From Vicugna vicugna (lineage: Eukaryota): DNA of 64,000 nt. Positions 1 to 16,464 of this stretch are shown here, piece by piece. The stretch is from positions 3,419,308-3,483,307 of the forward strand of contig MU061578.1 in the NCBI GenBank assembly GCA_013265495.1, read 5' to 3'. The notes below the pieces were generated by a model. The model saw nothing but the letters and a program-made list of their open reading frames with translations. It did no database searches and was not told the origin of the DNA. The position numbers and the translations under genes are program-made. Numbering within the stretch: position 1 is the stretch's first letter; every line of letters begins with the position of its first letter.

Positions 1-54
1 CTCCCCTGCCTATACTGGGACCTCTGGGTAGCTGACTCTGTGCATCTTCCCCAG

Positions 55-3000
55 GGGACTATGGTGACCGCACCCTGGCCCTGTGGAGCACAGCCACCTG
101 TGAGCTCATGACCTCTGTGTGCCTCCCGGAGCCAGTCCATGGCGTGGCCTTCGACCCCTGGGATGGTGGTGTGCTCGCCTGTGTGGGCCGGGGTGCTGTC
201 ACCTTGTGGCTCCTGCTGCAGCTTGGGGCTGACGTCAGCCTCCAGGTGCCTAGGTTCAGAGGAGGTTTTGGAAGATGGGCTCAGGCTGGGCCCTAGGGCA
301 TCGTTGACCCACGCTGCCCTCATGTCCCTCCAGATCCACCAGGAGCCCATCCCGGAGGAGGTGGGGGCGTGCGAGCTGACCTCGCTCTGCTTCGGGCCTG
401 CGCCCCTGCTGTACTGCGGCTCCAATGCTGGGCAGGTGTGCGTTTGGGACACACGTGCTGGCCGCTGCTTCCTGGTCTGGGAGGCCGACGACGGTGAGAT
501 TGGTGGGTATCTCATGGAACCCCTGTGGCCCTTGATAGCTCGGGGTTCGGCTCTCCCTGGGACCCCATGTTGGGTTCTAGGTACCTGGAGACAGGGCTCA
601 TACCACCTCCTGCCCCTAGGAGTGCTGCTGTGCTCAGGTACGCGGCTGGTCAGCGGCAGCAACACCAGGCGTCTGCGCCTGTGGGCCGTGGGGGCTGTGC
701 CAGAGCTGAGGTGCAAGGGCTCCGGTGCCAGGTGAGCCAGCTCTCTGCCACCAGCTGGGCCTGTCCCCAGTGGGACATGCTCAGGCAAGGCCAGGGCCCA
801 GGGGCCAAACCATTTGGCTCCCTGAGCTCTCACTACTGCCACCCCTTTGACCCACTGCCCCACTAGGTCTCACTCTGTGTTCATGGAGCATGAGCTGACC
901 CTTGATGGGGCTGTCGTGAGCGCGGTCTTCCACGACAGCATGGATATGGGTGTGGTGGGCACCACGGCTGGCACTCTCTGGTACGTCAGCTGGGCCGAGG
1001 GCACCAGCACCCGCCTCATCAGTGGCCACAGGAGCCAGGTAAGGTTGCAGAAGCCTCCAAGGGGCTTCCCCCTGGTGCAGGCAAGGCAGCCAGCCCTCTA
1101 TTCCCCCGCCAGGTACTCCATGCCCACGCCCAGTTGGGAAGTCCCAGGAGTTCCTGGATGAGGACTGCACACACCTGTGGGCACGGGGTCCATGCTGTGT
1201 CCACTCACAGCCCTGAGCCTTGTGGTCTTCTCAGTCTTCCCTCTTTTCTGCCACTTCTTTTCCTTTGTAATTTACTTGTGGAAAAAAATCAGGTCATCTG
1301 CCCTGGAGTCTCCATGACCATTGTTGGACCTGCTTCTCTGGCGTCCAAGAGGTCTGGAGGCCAGGCCAGGGTCTGGTTAACACTGGTCAGTCCCAACATC
1401 ACCTCCTCCTGGGAACACTGTGCATCCCACGAGGAAGCACGGAGGGCTCGTGCCTCTTGGTGATGCCCTTGTCTGAGGGCGGGGGTTTTAGGGGGCAGTA
1501 GTCAGAGCTGTCGTTCCTTCAGGAGGGATGTGGCCTCGCGAGCTCATGGGTTTCCTGAGGCTTGGAAGGGGCACAGGTGGACAAGTCTGTCCTTGTGGAC
1601 CAGGTCCCCAGCATCTGCCAACAGCAGCCATTACTCTCCAAGTGTCTTTAGGGGCTGGTGGGTGGGAACGTGGGTCCGGCTTCCCTGCTGTTACTTCTCT
1701 TAGTGCTCGTGGAGTCCTGACCTCGGCCAGTGGCGGGTTCTTCAAGTTGGCCCCAGAGACTTCTTTCCCAAGAGTCTGTGTTTGTTTGGACATAAAAGTA
1801 ACCATCAAAGGAACTCCCACCTGAAGTGGTGACAATTATGTGCTTTTCCCTTTTTTTGGTAACAGCTTTATATTGAAGTATAATTTATGTGCCACACACT
1901 CACCTGTTTAAAGTTAGTGGTTTTTGAAACGTTCACAGAACCATACAACCCTTGTCCCAGTCACTTCCATTCCAGAAGGAAATACCATACCCATTAAATA
2001 CTCACCCCCATTTAGCACCCCAGCCCCTGGCAGGCACTAGCTGACCCTGTGTCTGTGGGTTTGCCTATTCTGATGGCTCATGTGGACAGAAACACACACT
2101 CCTGTCTGGCTTTTCTCACTGGGGCATCATGTTTTCAAGGTCCACCCGAGTTGTAGTGTCACTGCTTTACTCCTTTTTATTGCTAAATACGCTTCTGCGG
2201 TACAGATAGGACATGTGTTTATCTACCCACTAGGGTGAGCTCAGGGGTTAGTTAGTCCTTGACCTGAGCTGATGGTCACTGGTGACCTCCCTCTCCTGTG
2301 GACCACAGGTGCTCCAGGCTGTCCCCCTGCAGCTCCACCCAGGACCAGACTTGGCTGTCCCAGAGCCCATGGCCTTGCCAATGGGAATTGAACTTAGAGG
2401 TCACAGTCTGAGGCCCAGAGGGTCCCATCTTTTCTCAGCCAAACAGAGCTAAATCATTATTCTTTAGGATGAAATGCATAAGTTCATACTTACACTTGAA
2501 ATTCAAATTCAGCATTAGGCTGTTTTATTTCGTCCCATGGTGCCTGGTGTCTGTATTCTTTTTCTTACACTGAAGATCCTGATTTTCCTTTGATAGACAC
2601 AGTGCGTATATCCGTGCACATGTGCACGCACGAGACAGTCTCAGCCCCCTTCCCCCCACCCCCTCCCGCTGTGATGAGCCCCTCTCCTTTGCTTCAGTCT
2701 GCAGCCCTCTGGGATCACTGTGTTTTAGATTCTGTCAGGACAGTTCCTTCTGTGTCCTAGCAAGTAGACAGTCATGTTCAAATGACCAGTGGGCTTCTTG
2801 TAATTTGGACTCCCTTCTGGTCTAATCTGGGGACACTTGGGACAGTTTCTTCATGTCACATGGAGGGGTTGGGGCCAGGCAGACTTGAGGGGGAGATCAA
2901 TGCCCTGGTGAACAACCTGGCCACACTGTGTCCCCTCTCTGCCTGATGGCTGTGTGGCCTCAAACAAAACACTGGCTTCCTGCAGGTGAACGAGGTGGTC

Positions 3001-4820
3001 TTCAGCCCCAGCGAGTCCCATTGCGCCACGTGCAGTGATGACGGGAGCGTGAGGGTGTGGTCCTTGGCCAGCATGGAGCTGCTGATCCAGTTCCAGGTGT
3101 TAAGCCAGGTATAGAGGGCAGGGGTACCTGGGCCTGGGAGTGCGTGCTCAGGGTGGAGCCCAGACCAGGTCCTGGCCCTGCCTGTTCCTCCTCCAGCCTT
3201 GCTGTCTGTCTGCAGCCTTGGGCTTAGGCCCCCATCTCCCCTTCCCAGGGGAGTGCTGATATCTTCCCACCATGGGTCCCCAGAGCTGCCTCTGCCTGGC
3301 TTGGAGCCCCCCGTCCTGCAGACGCCCAGAGCAGCAGCAGGTGGTGGCGGGCTACAGTGATGGCACCCTACGGGTCTTCAGCGTTTCCCGAACGGCGATG
3401 GAGCTCAAGATGCACCCCCACCGGGCTGCACTGACAGCCATTGCCTTCTCTGCTGATGGTGAGGGGCGGGGCTCATGCAGTGACAGCGTGGCTTTTGCCC
3501 GGCCCAGATCACACCTTTGGGCTGAGGGTCAGGGGCTCACAAATAACAGCACGGCTCCTGCCTGGCCCAGGGCAGACCATCCTTTCTGGAGACAAGGACG
3601 GGCTCGTGGCTGTGAGCCGTCCTCGCACGGGGATGACCTTCCGTGTACTGAGTGACCACCGAGGCGCTGGGATCTGCACCATCCAGAGCACGAGAAAAGA
3701 GGTGAAGTGGCCTCATGAGCCGGCAGGGCCCGTCCTGGGGATGCAGGCAGGGAAGGAGATAGGCAGAGTGGAGTGGGAGGTACCCACCAACCCTTACCTC
3801 CCCAGTACGGAGACTTCAGGGCAGAGGGCATGGACCTGTGGCTGGCCGCCAGTGGAGACCAGCGGGTGAGCGTCTGGGCCTCTGACTGGCTGCGGAATCA
3901 CTGTGAGCTCGTGGACTGGCTTAGCTTCCCTGCACCCGTCGTCACAGAGGTAAGAGCCCTGGTGGCCCTGTGGCAGGATGCTGCCCACCGTGCTACAACA
4001 TGAATGTGTTGTGTCCTCTGCAGGCTTCTGGCTGCCTGCCACCCACCCTTGCTGCCTTCTGCCCCTGGGATGAGGCACTGCTGGTGTGTGTGGGCCTTGG
4101 CGTGCACCCTGAGGTGGTCTTCTACAGCCTCTACCAGAAGCAGGCAGGTGCACCCCTCCATGTAGTGCTGGGAGCCCGAGGGACCTAGGGCTGGGGAGGG
4201 GTGGGTCTCGGGGCTGTGGGAAACCCCCCAGTGCCTCGTGCTTGCTGCCTGCAGGTGGTGAAGAAGATCCCACTGCCTTTCTTTGCTATGTCCGTGAGCC
4301 TGTCCCCCAGGGCCCGCCTTGTGGCCATTGGCTTTGCTGGTGAGTGCTGATGGGCGTGGACTCTAGCCTGTCTTGAGTAGGGCTGAGTGGGTACACCCAT
4401 GTCTCCACACTGAGTCATGCCTCTCACCATTGGGCCCTGGGTTTCTCCTCCCTGAAGTGCAATGAGGACACCTGCTCTGGGGGGTCATAGGGTCAGGAGA
4501 TGAGGTGGGTGGGGTGCTGGGTTCCCCCATGAGGCATGGCACCCAGCTGGAGACAGAGCCAGGGTGGGCTGGAGGACCTCTGGGTCCTGAAGCCACACAG
4601 ACACAGGGCCAATGGCACCCTACCTGCACTGCCCCACCTCACCCTGGGCTGTCTGCCTACAGAGCGTGTGCTGACACTGGTGGACTGTGTGTCTGGAGCC
4701 GTGCAGGACTTTGCTGGCCATGACGACTCGGTGAAGCTCTGCAGGTTTGCGCCATCCAGCCGGCTGCTCTTCACCGTCGCCCACAATGAGATATTGGTGT
4801 GGGAGGTCATGAGCCACTGA
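55..4820 (+). CDS. WDR90: WD repeat-containing protein 90 (centriolar), last 11 coding exons; 5' part lies outside the window
   Basis: Exons 55-245, 334-502, 620-731, 867-1038, 2986-3108, 3284-3458, 3571-3701, 3806-3949, 4024-4143, 4255-4339, 4663-4820 splice in one frame (GDYGDRTLALWS...IHQEPIPEEV...VNEVVFSPSESHCATCSDDGSVRVWS...DFAGHDDSVKLCRF...EILVWEVMSH*). WD40 repeats present. All introns are GT-AG except a GC-AG at 4144-4254. Confidence 0.95.
1850..2230 (-). mobile_element. Old L1 (L1MB-like) 3' end fragment, antisense, in a WDR90 intron
   Basis: AT-rich island: T-run, agctttatattgaagtataattt, cagcccctggcaggcact, ttttctcactggggcatcatgttttcaaggtcca. Resembles reverse-complemented L1M 3' UTR. 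Confidence 0.7.
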
Positions 4821-5062
4821 GCTGCGGTAGGGACCGCAGGGTCAGGCGTGCCCTGTGGGGCAGCTAGGCGCCTGGCCCAGGCAAAGGCTCAGCCAGGCAG
4901 CTGGGTTGGCCACGGGCCCCATGCTGGGTCAGGGTGGCTGGGGGGCTGCACCCCTCCACCCTAGACTGGCCCAGGACTATGTGAGTCAAGACCTTGAACA
5001 TAGGTGATGTGTTTGTTGCTGCTTTTCCTGAGGGTTTTTTGTGTTTTACCTTGTACAGTTCA

Positions 5063-5068
5063 AATAAA
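5063..5068 (+). terminator. polyA signal AATAAA for WDR90
   Basis: Canonical hexamer 243 nt after the stop codon, followed by a GU-rich tract (tgtgggtgttg). Confidence 0.75.
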
Positions 5069-5239
5069 TGTGGGTGTTGCAATGTGACACTGTCTGCTGG
5101 TCAGTCTGGACTCTTGCCTGGGCTTGGCCCTCCTGCGTTGCCTGAGCTCAGCTTCTGCCCAACCCCCATACCTCCCGCTCCCGGCCAGGCCACAGACCCT
5201 GACCTGGCGGCAGCAGTGCGAGGGCTGAAGGCCAGCCCA

Positions 5240-10642
<5,403 letters not shown>

Positions 10643-11121
10643 GTCCCCAGGACCCCCTGGTCTGATATCAGGGCCCACAGGGTGCTGGTGTGGGGCCACC
10701 TGCTTGGGGTGGGGAGTGGGGGGCTTCTTTCTGTCTCAGCTTTCCTTCTGAAGACAGTCTTCTCCCTGCCATGCCTCTGCTGGAGCAGCAAGATTGGGTC
10801 CTCGGGACCCAGAACCCTGTGTCCTGTCCCACTGCAGTTGCCGGGCATTGCCCTCCTTTGTGGGCTTCTTGTATTAGAGGGACTGTGGGGCATGGGTGAA
10901 AAAGCCAGTGACCCCAGAGCAGAATTCTCAGGGCTCTACTCCTCCTTCCTGGTCCCAGGTGGCCAGTATATGTGAAGGGGGTAAGAAGGCAGAGCTTTGG
11001 GCCAAAGGCAGGGGGTGGGGACAAGAAGTGGCTGGACCATTGTGCCCTTCCCCTTCCCCCCATCTGAAGACAGGTCCAGGGCTGTGCCCCTTACAGAAGA
11101 CAAAAGAGATTGGGTTTCCTG

Positions 11122-11127
11122 ATTAAA
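11122..11127 (+). terminator. polyA signal ATTAAA for RHOT2
   Basis: First canonical-type hexamer after the stop, with a U/GU-rich downstream element (cttgtgtcttttcc). Confidence 0.65.
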
Positions 11128-11174
11128 CTTCACTTGTGTCTTTTCCATCTTGGGTCCTACTTTCTGAAGATGAT

Positions 11175-11723
11175 TTTTTTTTCTTTTTAACACCTTTATT
11201 ATAGTATGATTCCTATACAGTAAAGTACACATATTTCAGATGTACGATAGATGAATTTTGATAGATGCACGTATACCAGTGCAACCACCACCACAATCAA
11301 TATAGCTCACATTTCCATCACTCCCCGAAGGTGCAAATTTCGAATTCCCAATTTATCCCTTCCCACCCCCTTTACCCCCTGGTAACCATAAATTTGTTCT
11401 ATGTCTGTGAATTTGTTTCTGTTTTGCAGATAAATTCATTTGTGTCTTTTTTAGATTTCACATATAAGCGATATCATATGGTATTTTTCTTTTTCTTTCT
11501 GGTTTACTTCACTTAGAATGACGATCTCCAGGTCCATCTATGTTACTGCAAATGCATTATTTTATTCTTTTTATGGCTGAATAGTATTCCGTAGTATATG
11601 TATACCATATCCATCCAGTCAGCTGTCAGTGGACATTTGGGTGGTTTCCATGTCTTGACTCTTGTAAATAGTGCTTCTGTGAATATTGGGGTGCATGTGT
11701 CTTTGAATTATATTTTCCTCCGG
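11175..11723 (-). mobile_element. L1 3' end, antisense: an older L1M segment plus a younger lineage-specific L1 3' UTR that runs into the gap
   Basis: T-run, then ttcccaatttatcccttccca...ttagatttcacatataagcgatatcatatgg...ttacttcacttagaatgacgatctccaggtccatc...aatattggggtgcatgtgtc, a laurasiatherian/cetartiodactyl-type L1 3' UTR from recall. Confidence 0.85.
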
Positions 11724-12012
11724 NNNNNNNNNNNNNNNNNNNNNNNNNNNNNNNNNNNNNNNNNNNNNNNNNNNNNNNNNNNNNNNNNNNNNNNNNNNNN
11801 NNNNNNNNNNNNNNNNNNNNNNNNNNNNNNNNNNNNNNNNNNNNNNNNNNNNNNNNNNNNNNNNNNNNNNNNNNNNNNNNNNNNNNNNNNNNNNNNNNNN
11901 NNNNNNNNNNNNNNNNNNNNNNNNNNNNNNNNNNNNNNNNNNNNNNNNNNNNNNNNNNNNNNNNNNNNNNNNNNNNNNNNNNNNNNNNNNNNNNNNNNNN
12001 NNNNNNNNNNNN
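11724..12012. other. Assembly gap (289 N)
   Basis: Run of N adjacent to an L1. Confidence 1.
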
Positions 12013-13599
12013 TTAAATCAACTAAAACATGTCCTTGGTCTGGATGTGGGCTGGAAATGTTACTCCTGGCCACACCCCTCCCTTCTGGTTTTGGGTTACC
12101 ATCCTGAGGCCTCAGGCCAGGGTAAGGGTCAATTATGGCCCAGCTGCAGCCTCAGAGCCTTTACATTCAGTGAGGTCCATGCTGGCCTGAGGATAAGAGG
12201 CTGGAGGGGGCCTGATACCTGAGGTCGTTCTGATGTGAATCCTCCCCAGGTGTGCCCACTCCCCAAATCTCAGCATCCTGTCAGTTTGAATTGTGTTGAG
12301 GATTTGGGGTTCTGAGATGTGTAAGGTGGCCTTGACCTGGGGGAGCTGCCCCATTCCTCATTCCCCACCCAGAGGTCTCTGCCTCTCCCATTGGGCAGAA
12401 GACAGCCAAAGAGCTCCAGCGTGAGGAGAGGGGACAGAACTTTCCTGGCCTGAGGAGGGGGCTCATCTTAGGGTTAGTCTTTGGCACTTGCTGTTCAGGT
12501 GTTCTCTCTGGTGAGCAGAGTCAGCCCATGGTGTGTCCAGGTGGAAGACCTTGGCTCCACAACTGCCCCTCCACATACTGTGCTTCCTGTGCAAGGCAGG
12601 CTTGCAGTCCAGGGCTCCTCCCCCAGCTTGATATGTATGCCGTTTATAGAGGTTGAGGAACAGCCCACCTGGTAGGGATGCTCGTGCCTGACCCAGTAGG
12701 AGCTGGGGTCAGGCCCTGAAGTTACCTCAACCATCCAACCAGCTTCCCAATTCCAATGGCCAGAGATCCTCCGTTCAGGACAGGGCAGGATGCTATTTCT
12801 AGCTGCTGCGACTATCCTGAGGCCCAGCTGCATCACGGTTATGAGTGGCCCTGGTAGGGGTTGCTATGGTTGCACGTTCCCAGAGTCGGTCACTTTCCTG
12901 CCCTCCCCAAGAAGTAGGGCTTCTCATCCCCGCTGCAGTCTTGTCCGCTGGGGGCTCTTCAGCATTGTGGCCACAGGAGCGATCAGGAACCTCTAGCCTG
13001 AAGTGTGTGCTATGGGTTGGTGTCCACCCGTTGAGCAGAGGCAGCTGCAAGGACCTTCCCCCTTCCCTGCTAGTAGCCCTGTTGGCTTCAGCGCACCCTG
13101 GGGAGGGCTAGGGCCGTGTTGCCGTCTTACTAGCAGGACAGGCGAGCCTGTCTTGCAGAGAGGCGCCTTCAAGGAGCCCCTGCCTGGGGAGTCCCAGCTG
13201 TGGGCTGTTCCCTGAAAACTTCCCGGTGGGGATGGTGTCGGCGCCGCGGCCCCAGCTCGAGACCAAGGGGTGTGCGCAGTAGGGGCCTGCGAGCCGCTCA
13301 TGACTCAGTTTCCCCGCTGCGGCCTAGGGGTGCCTGCACGCAGCGCTCGCTGATCAGGGTGGAACTCGGCGACCCGCGCCCTTCTTTTGGGGGCACGTCC
13401 GAGTGGGGGGGTGCGCGTGTGGCTGGGCCGGCGGCAGCGCCGTGTGCGGCGGGGGCGGGCGGCTCCGTGACGCGGCGCTGAGCGGAGCGGGCGGAGCCGG
13501 AGGGCCGGGGCGGAGCGGAGTCGTCCGCAGAGCAGCCCCTCCCGGCCGCGGCCGCCGACCCCGGCCCCCGGTCCCCGGTCCCCGGCCCGGCCTGGCTCT

Positions 13600-15831
13600 A
13601 TGGATAGGAGCTCGCTGCTGCAGCTTATCCAGGAACAGGTGCGTGGGGGGTGGGGGTGGGGCGCCGGCACCGCCCCCGACTTGGCCTTCCGCCCTTGGGT
13701 GGGCTGTGGGGTACGGAACTCCCAGAGACCCTCAGCTCAGTCTTCTCCCTGCACGACCTTGGTCCCTTGCCTGAGACCCCAGAAAAGGGCGAGCCAGACC
13801 ACGGCGATGGGTGAAGGGCGGGAGGGAGGGTGGTTGTCCTCAGACCTTGGCCCTACCCTTCCAAGATGGGCAGGGCAGAAATGAGGTGGGGAGACAGCTG
13901 GAGAAGCTGGAGGCCTGGGTCCCAGGCACCAGTGTCCAGAGCTTCTGTGACCATGTGGGCACAGGGGCTTGGACTGAAGGTGCTTGGAACCTGCCTCTCC
14001 CAGCTGACCTGGTCCAGCCCTGTGGTCTAGGAGCTGGGCCCACCCTCAGGCCTTGGCCACTGCCCCCACCCTGCCCCAACCCCAGCAGCTGGACCCTGAA
14101 AATACAGGCTTCATCGGTGCGGACACCTTCACTGGCCTGGTGCATAGCCATGAGCTGCCCCTGGACCCTGCCAAGCTGGACATGCTGGTGGCTCTGGCCC
14201 AGAGCAACGAGCGGGGCCAGGTCTGCTACCAGGAGCTGGTGGACCTGGTCAGTGCACGGGGGCTGGGCAGCTGGGTTGGGGGCCCAGGCCTTAGCAGGCA
14301 CAGTGCCCTGGCTGGAGTGGGATGGGCAGGCGGCCCCTCCTCCCTGCCCTTCCCACTCGGGAGGGCTGTAGACGTGGGGCAGGGCCTCAGACCCTGTGAG
14401 GAAAGGGGTGGACCACTTAGGAAGGGCAGCCATGGGGGGAATATGGTGGCCTATATGCCTAGGCCCCACCCCCCCAGATCAGCAGCAAGCGCTCAAGCAG
14501 CTTCAAGCGGGCCATTGCCAACGGACAGCGGGCACTGCCCCGGGATGGGCTGCTGGACGATCCGGGCCTGGGTGTCTACAAGCGGTTTGTCCGCTACGTG
14601 GCCTACGAGATCCTGCCCCGAGAGGTGGACCGCCACTGGTACTTCTACCGGCACCGCAGCTGCCCACCCCCAGTGTTTATGGCCTCGGTCACCCTAGCTC
14701 AGGTGGGCCTGCTTGCCCACTGCCCCCACCCTGCCCTGGGGAGCCTCCATCCAGCATCCCTGGCCCTGCCTGGCCTTAATGCTTGTCGCCCTCCAGATCA
14801 TTGTGTTCCTGTGCTACGGGGCCCGTTTCAACAAGTGGGTGCTGCAGACCTACCACCCCGAGTACATGAAGAGCCCCCTTGTGTACCACCCCGGCCACCG
14901 TGCTCGAGCCTGGCGCTTCGTCACCTACATGTTCATGCATGTTGGGTGAGTGGGCTTCCCACCCCGGCACCCCTCAGATTGAATCAGGAGGGCTTGGCCC
15001 CTTGAGGTGGGAGCAGGGGGACTTCACCCTTCGTACCTGTTTGCCCCCACACAACCAGGCTAGAGCAGCTGGGGTTCAATGCGCTCCTGCAGCTGATGAT
15101 CGGGGTGCCCCTGGAGATGGTACACGGCCTGCTCCGTATCAGCCTTCTCTACCTGGCGGGTGTGCTGGCAGGTGAGGCAGGCACATGCACCCTGGGCACC
15201 TCACTGGCAGGCCTCACCTCACAGCTCTCCCCTTGCTCATACAGGTTCCTTGACCGTCTCCATTACTGACATGCGGGCCCCTGTGGTGGGGGGCTCCGGC
15301 GGGGTCTACGCCCTGTGCTCCGCACACCTGGCCAATGTCGTCATGGTAATGGGGCAGCCCCAGCGGCGGGCGGGGAGGGGTCCACAAGGCCTGCCTCGCA
15401 GCTTTTCTTATTCACGCTCTCTCAGAACTGGGCTGGGATGAGGTGTCCCTACAAGCTGCTAAGGATGGTGCTGGCCCTGGTGTGCAGTAAGTAGAGGGCC
15501 CGGGGGGTGGGCCTCAGCCTACTGCTAGGGCATATCTCACCTGCTGCCTCCCTCTGCAGTGAGCTCCGAGGTGGGCCGGGCTGTGTGGCTGCGCTTCTCC
15601 CCGCCACTGCCTGCCTCTGGCCCGCAACCGAGCTTCATGGCACACCTAGCGGGTGCAGTGGTGGGTGTCAGCATGGGCCTGACCATCCTGCGCAGCTACG
15701 AGGAGCGCCTGCGGGACCAGTGTGGCTGGTGGGTGGTGCTGCTTGCCTATGGCACGTTCCTGCTCTTCGCCATCTTCTGGAACGTCTTCGCCTATGACCT
15801 GCTGGGTGCCCATGTCCCCCCGCCACCCTGA
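13600..15831 (+). CDS. RHBDL1: Rhomboid-related intramembrane serine protease 1, complete 373-aa form, 8 exons
   Basis: Exons 13600-13638, 14086-14247, 14478-14702, 14797-14945, 15059-15171, 15245-15345, 15426-15486, 15560-15831. [21 protein letters not shown]; [10 protein letters not shown]; catalytic VVGGSGGVY and FMAHLAGA motifs; ends PPPP*. CpG island at about 13240-13700. Confidence 0.96.
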
Positions 15832-16130
15832 CAGGATCCCCAGGGCCACAATAGCCAGGGTGCAGCATCTGTGGGCCAGCCACCAGGCAGGTCTGCATGT
15901 CCACCCTCTGTGAATGTACGTCTGGAGGCTACTTCTTCCCCGCGGGGTCAGGTGGCCCCAGTGGCCAAGTCCAGGCCAAGCCTTACATCAGCCCTGGCTG
16001 CCCCCTCCCAGGCCTGGGGGGAAGGACTGCTGGACTGGGCTGTGTGGTGGGGGTCCCCAAGGGTGGCCCCAGAGGAGACTGTGCCCGGCCTCTCCTCCAA
16101 GAGTTGCAGTCTGAGCCTTTTTGGAGAATG

Positions 16131-16136
16131 AATAAA
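16131..16136 (+). terminator. polyA signal AATAAA for RHBDL1
   Basis: Canonical hexamer 300 nt after the stop codon. Confidence 0.75.
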
Positions 16137-16354
16137 TATTTTACACAGCATCAGGGACCTGTACTGGTACTTTGGGGGCTGATCTGGGCTCTCCGCACTG
16201 GCTAAACAAATTGTGAGGGCCCTTCCCTCCATGTGGGCAGCATGGGCTCCCCCACCTTGATCCTCTGCATCTGGCAGGAGGTACCTCTGTGTGGGAGGTG
16301 GGAGCCCCTGGGGAGAGTTGTGGGCCTCAGGATCACATGTGAGTACAATAAGCA

Positions 16355-16360
16355 TTTATT
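16355..16360 (-). terminator. polyA signal AATAAA (minus strand) for the hidden gene
   Basis: Forward tttatt, 105 nt downstream of the ancestral TAA at 16467-16465. Confidence 0.6.
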
Positions 16361-16464
16361 GAGCTTCTGCAGCAGCCAGCCTCCTGCTCTGCCAGCCTGC
16401 TGTCCAGAGACACTTGCAGCCTAAGGTCATATGGCAGGTGAGCAGGTTCTGGGCCACAGCCAAG

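Noticed and set aside
4663-4820. Possible intron loss in the last WDR90 exon at CAG|GAC
   Set aside because: The exon sizes counted back from the stop fit my recollection of the 41-exon human structure, so no intron is missing.
12860-12873. Single X-box-like GTTGCTATGGTTGC upstream of RHBDL1
   Set aside because: Only one half-site is good and it is isolated, so it could arise by chance.
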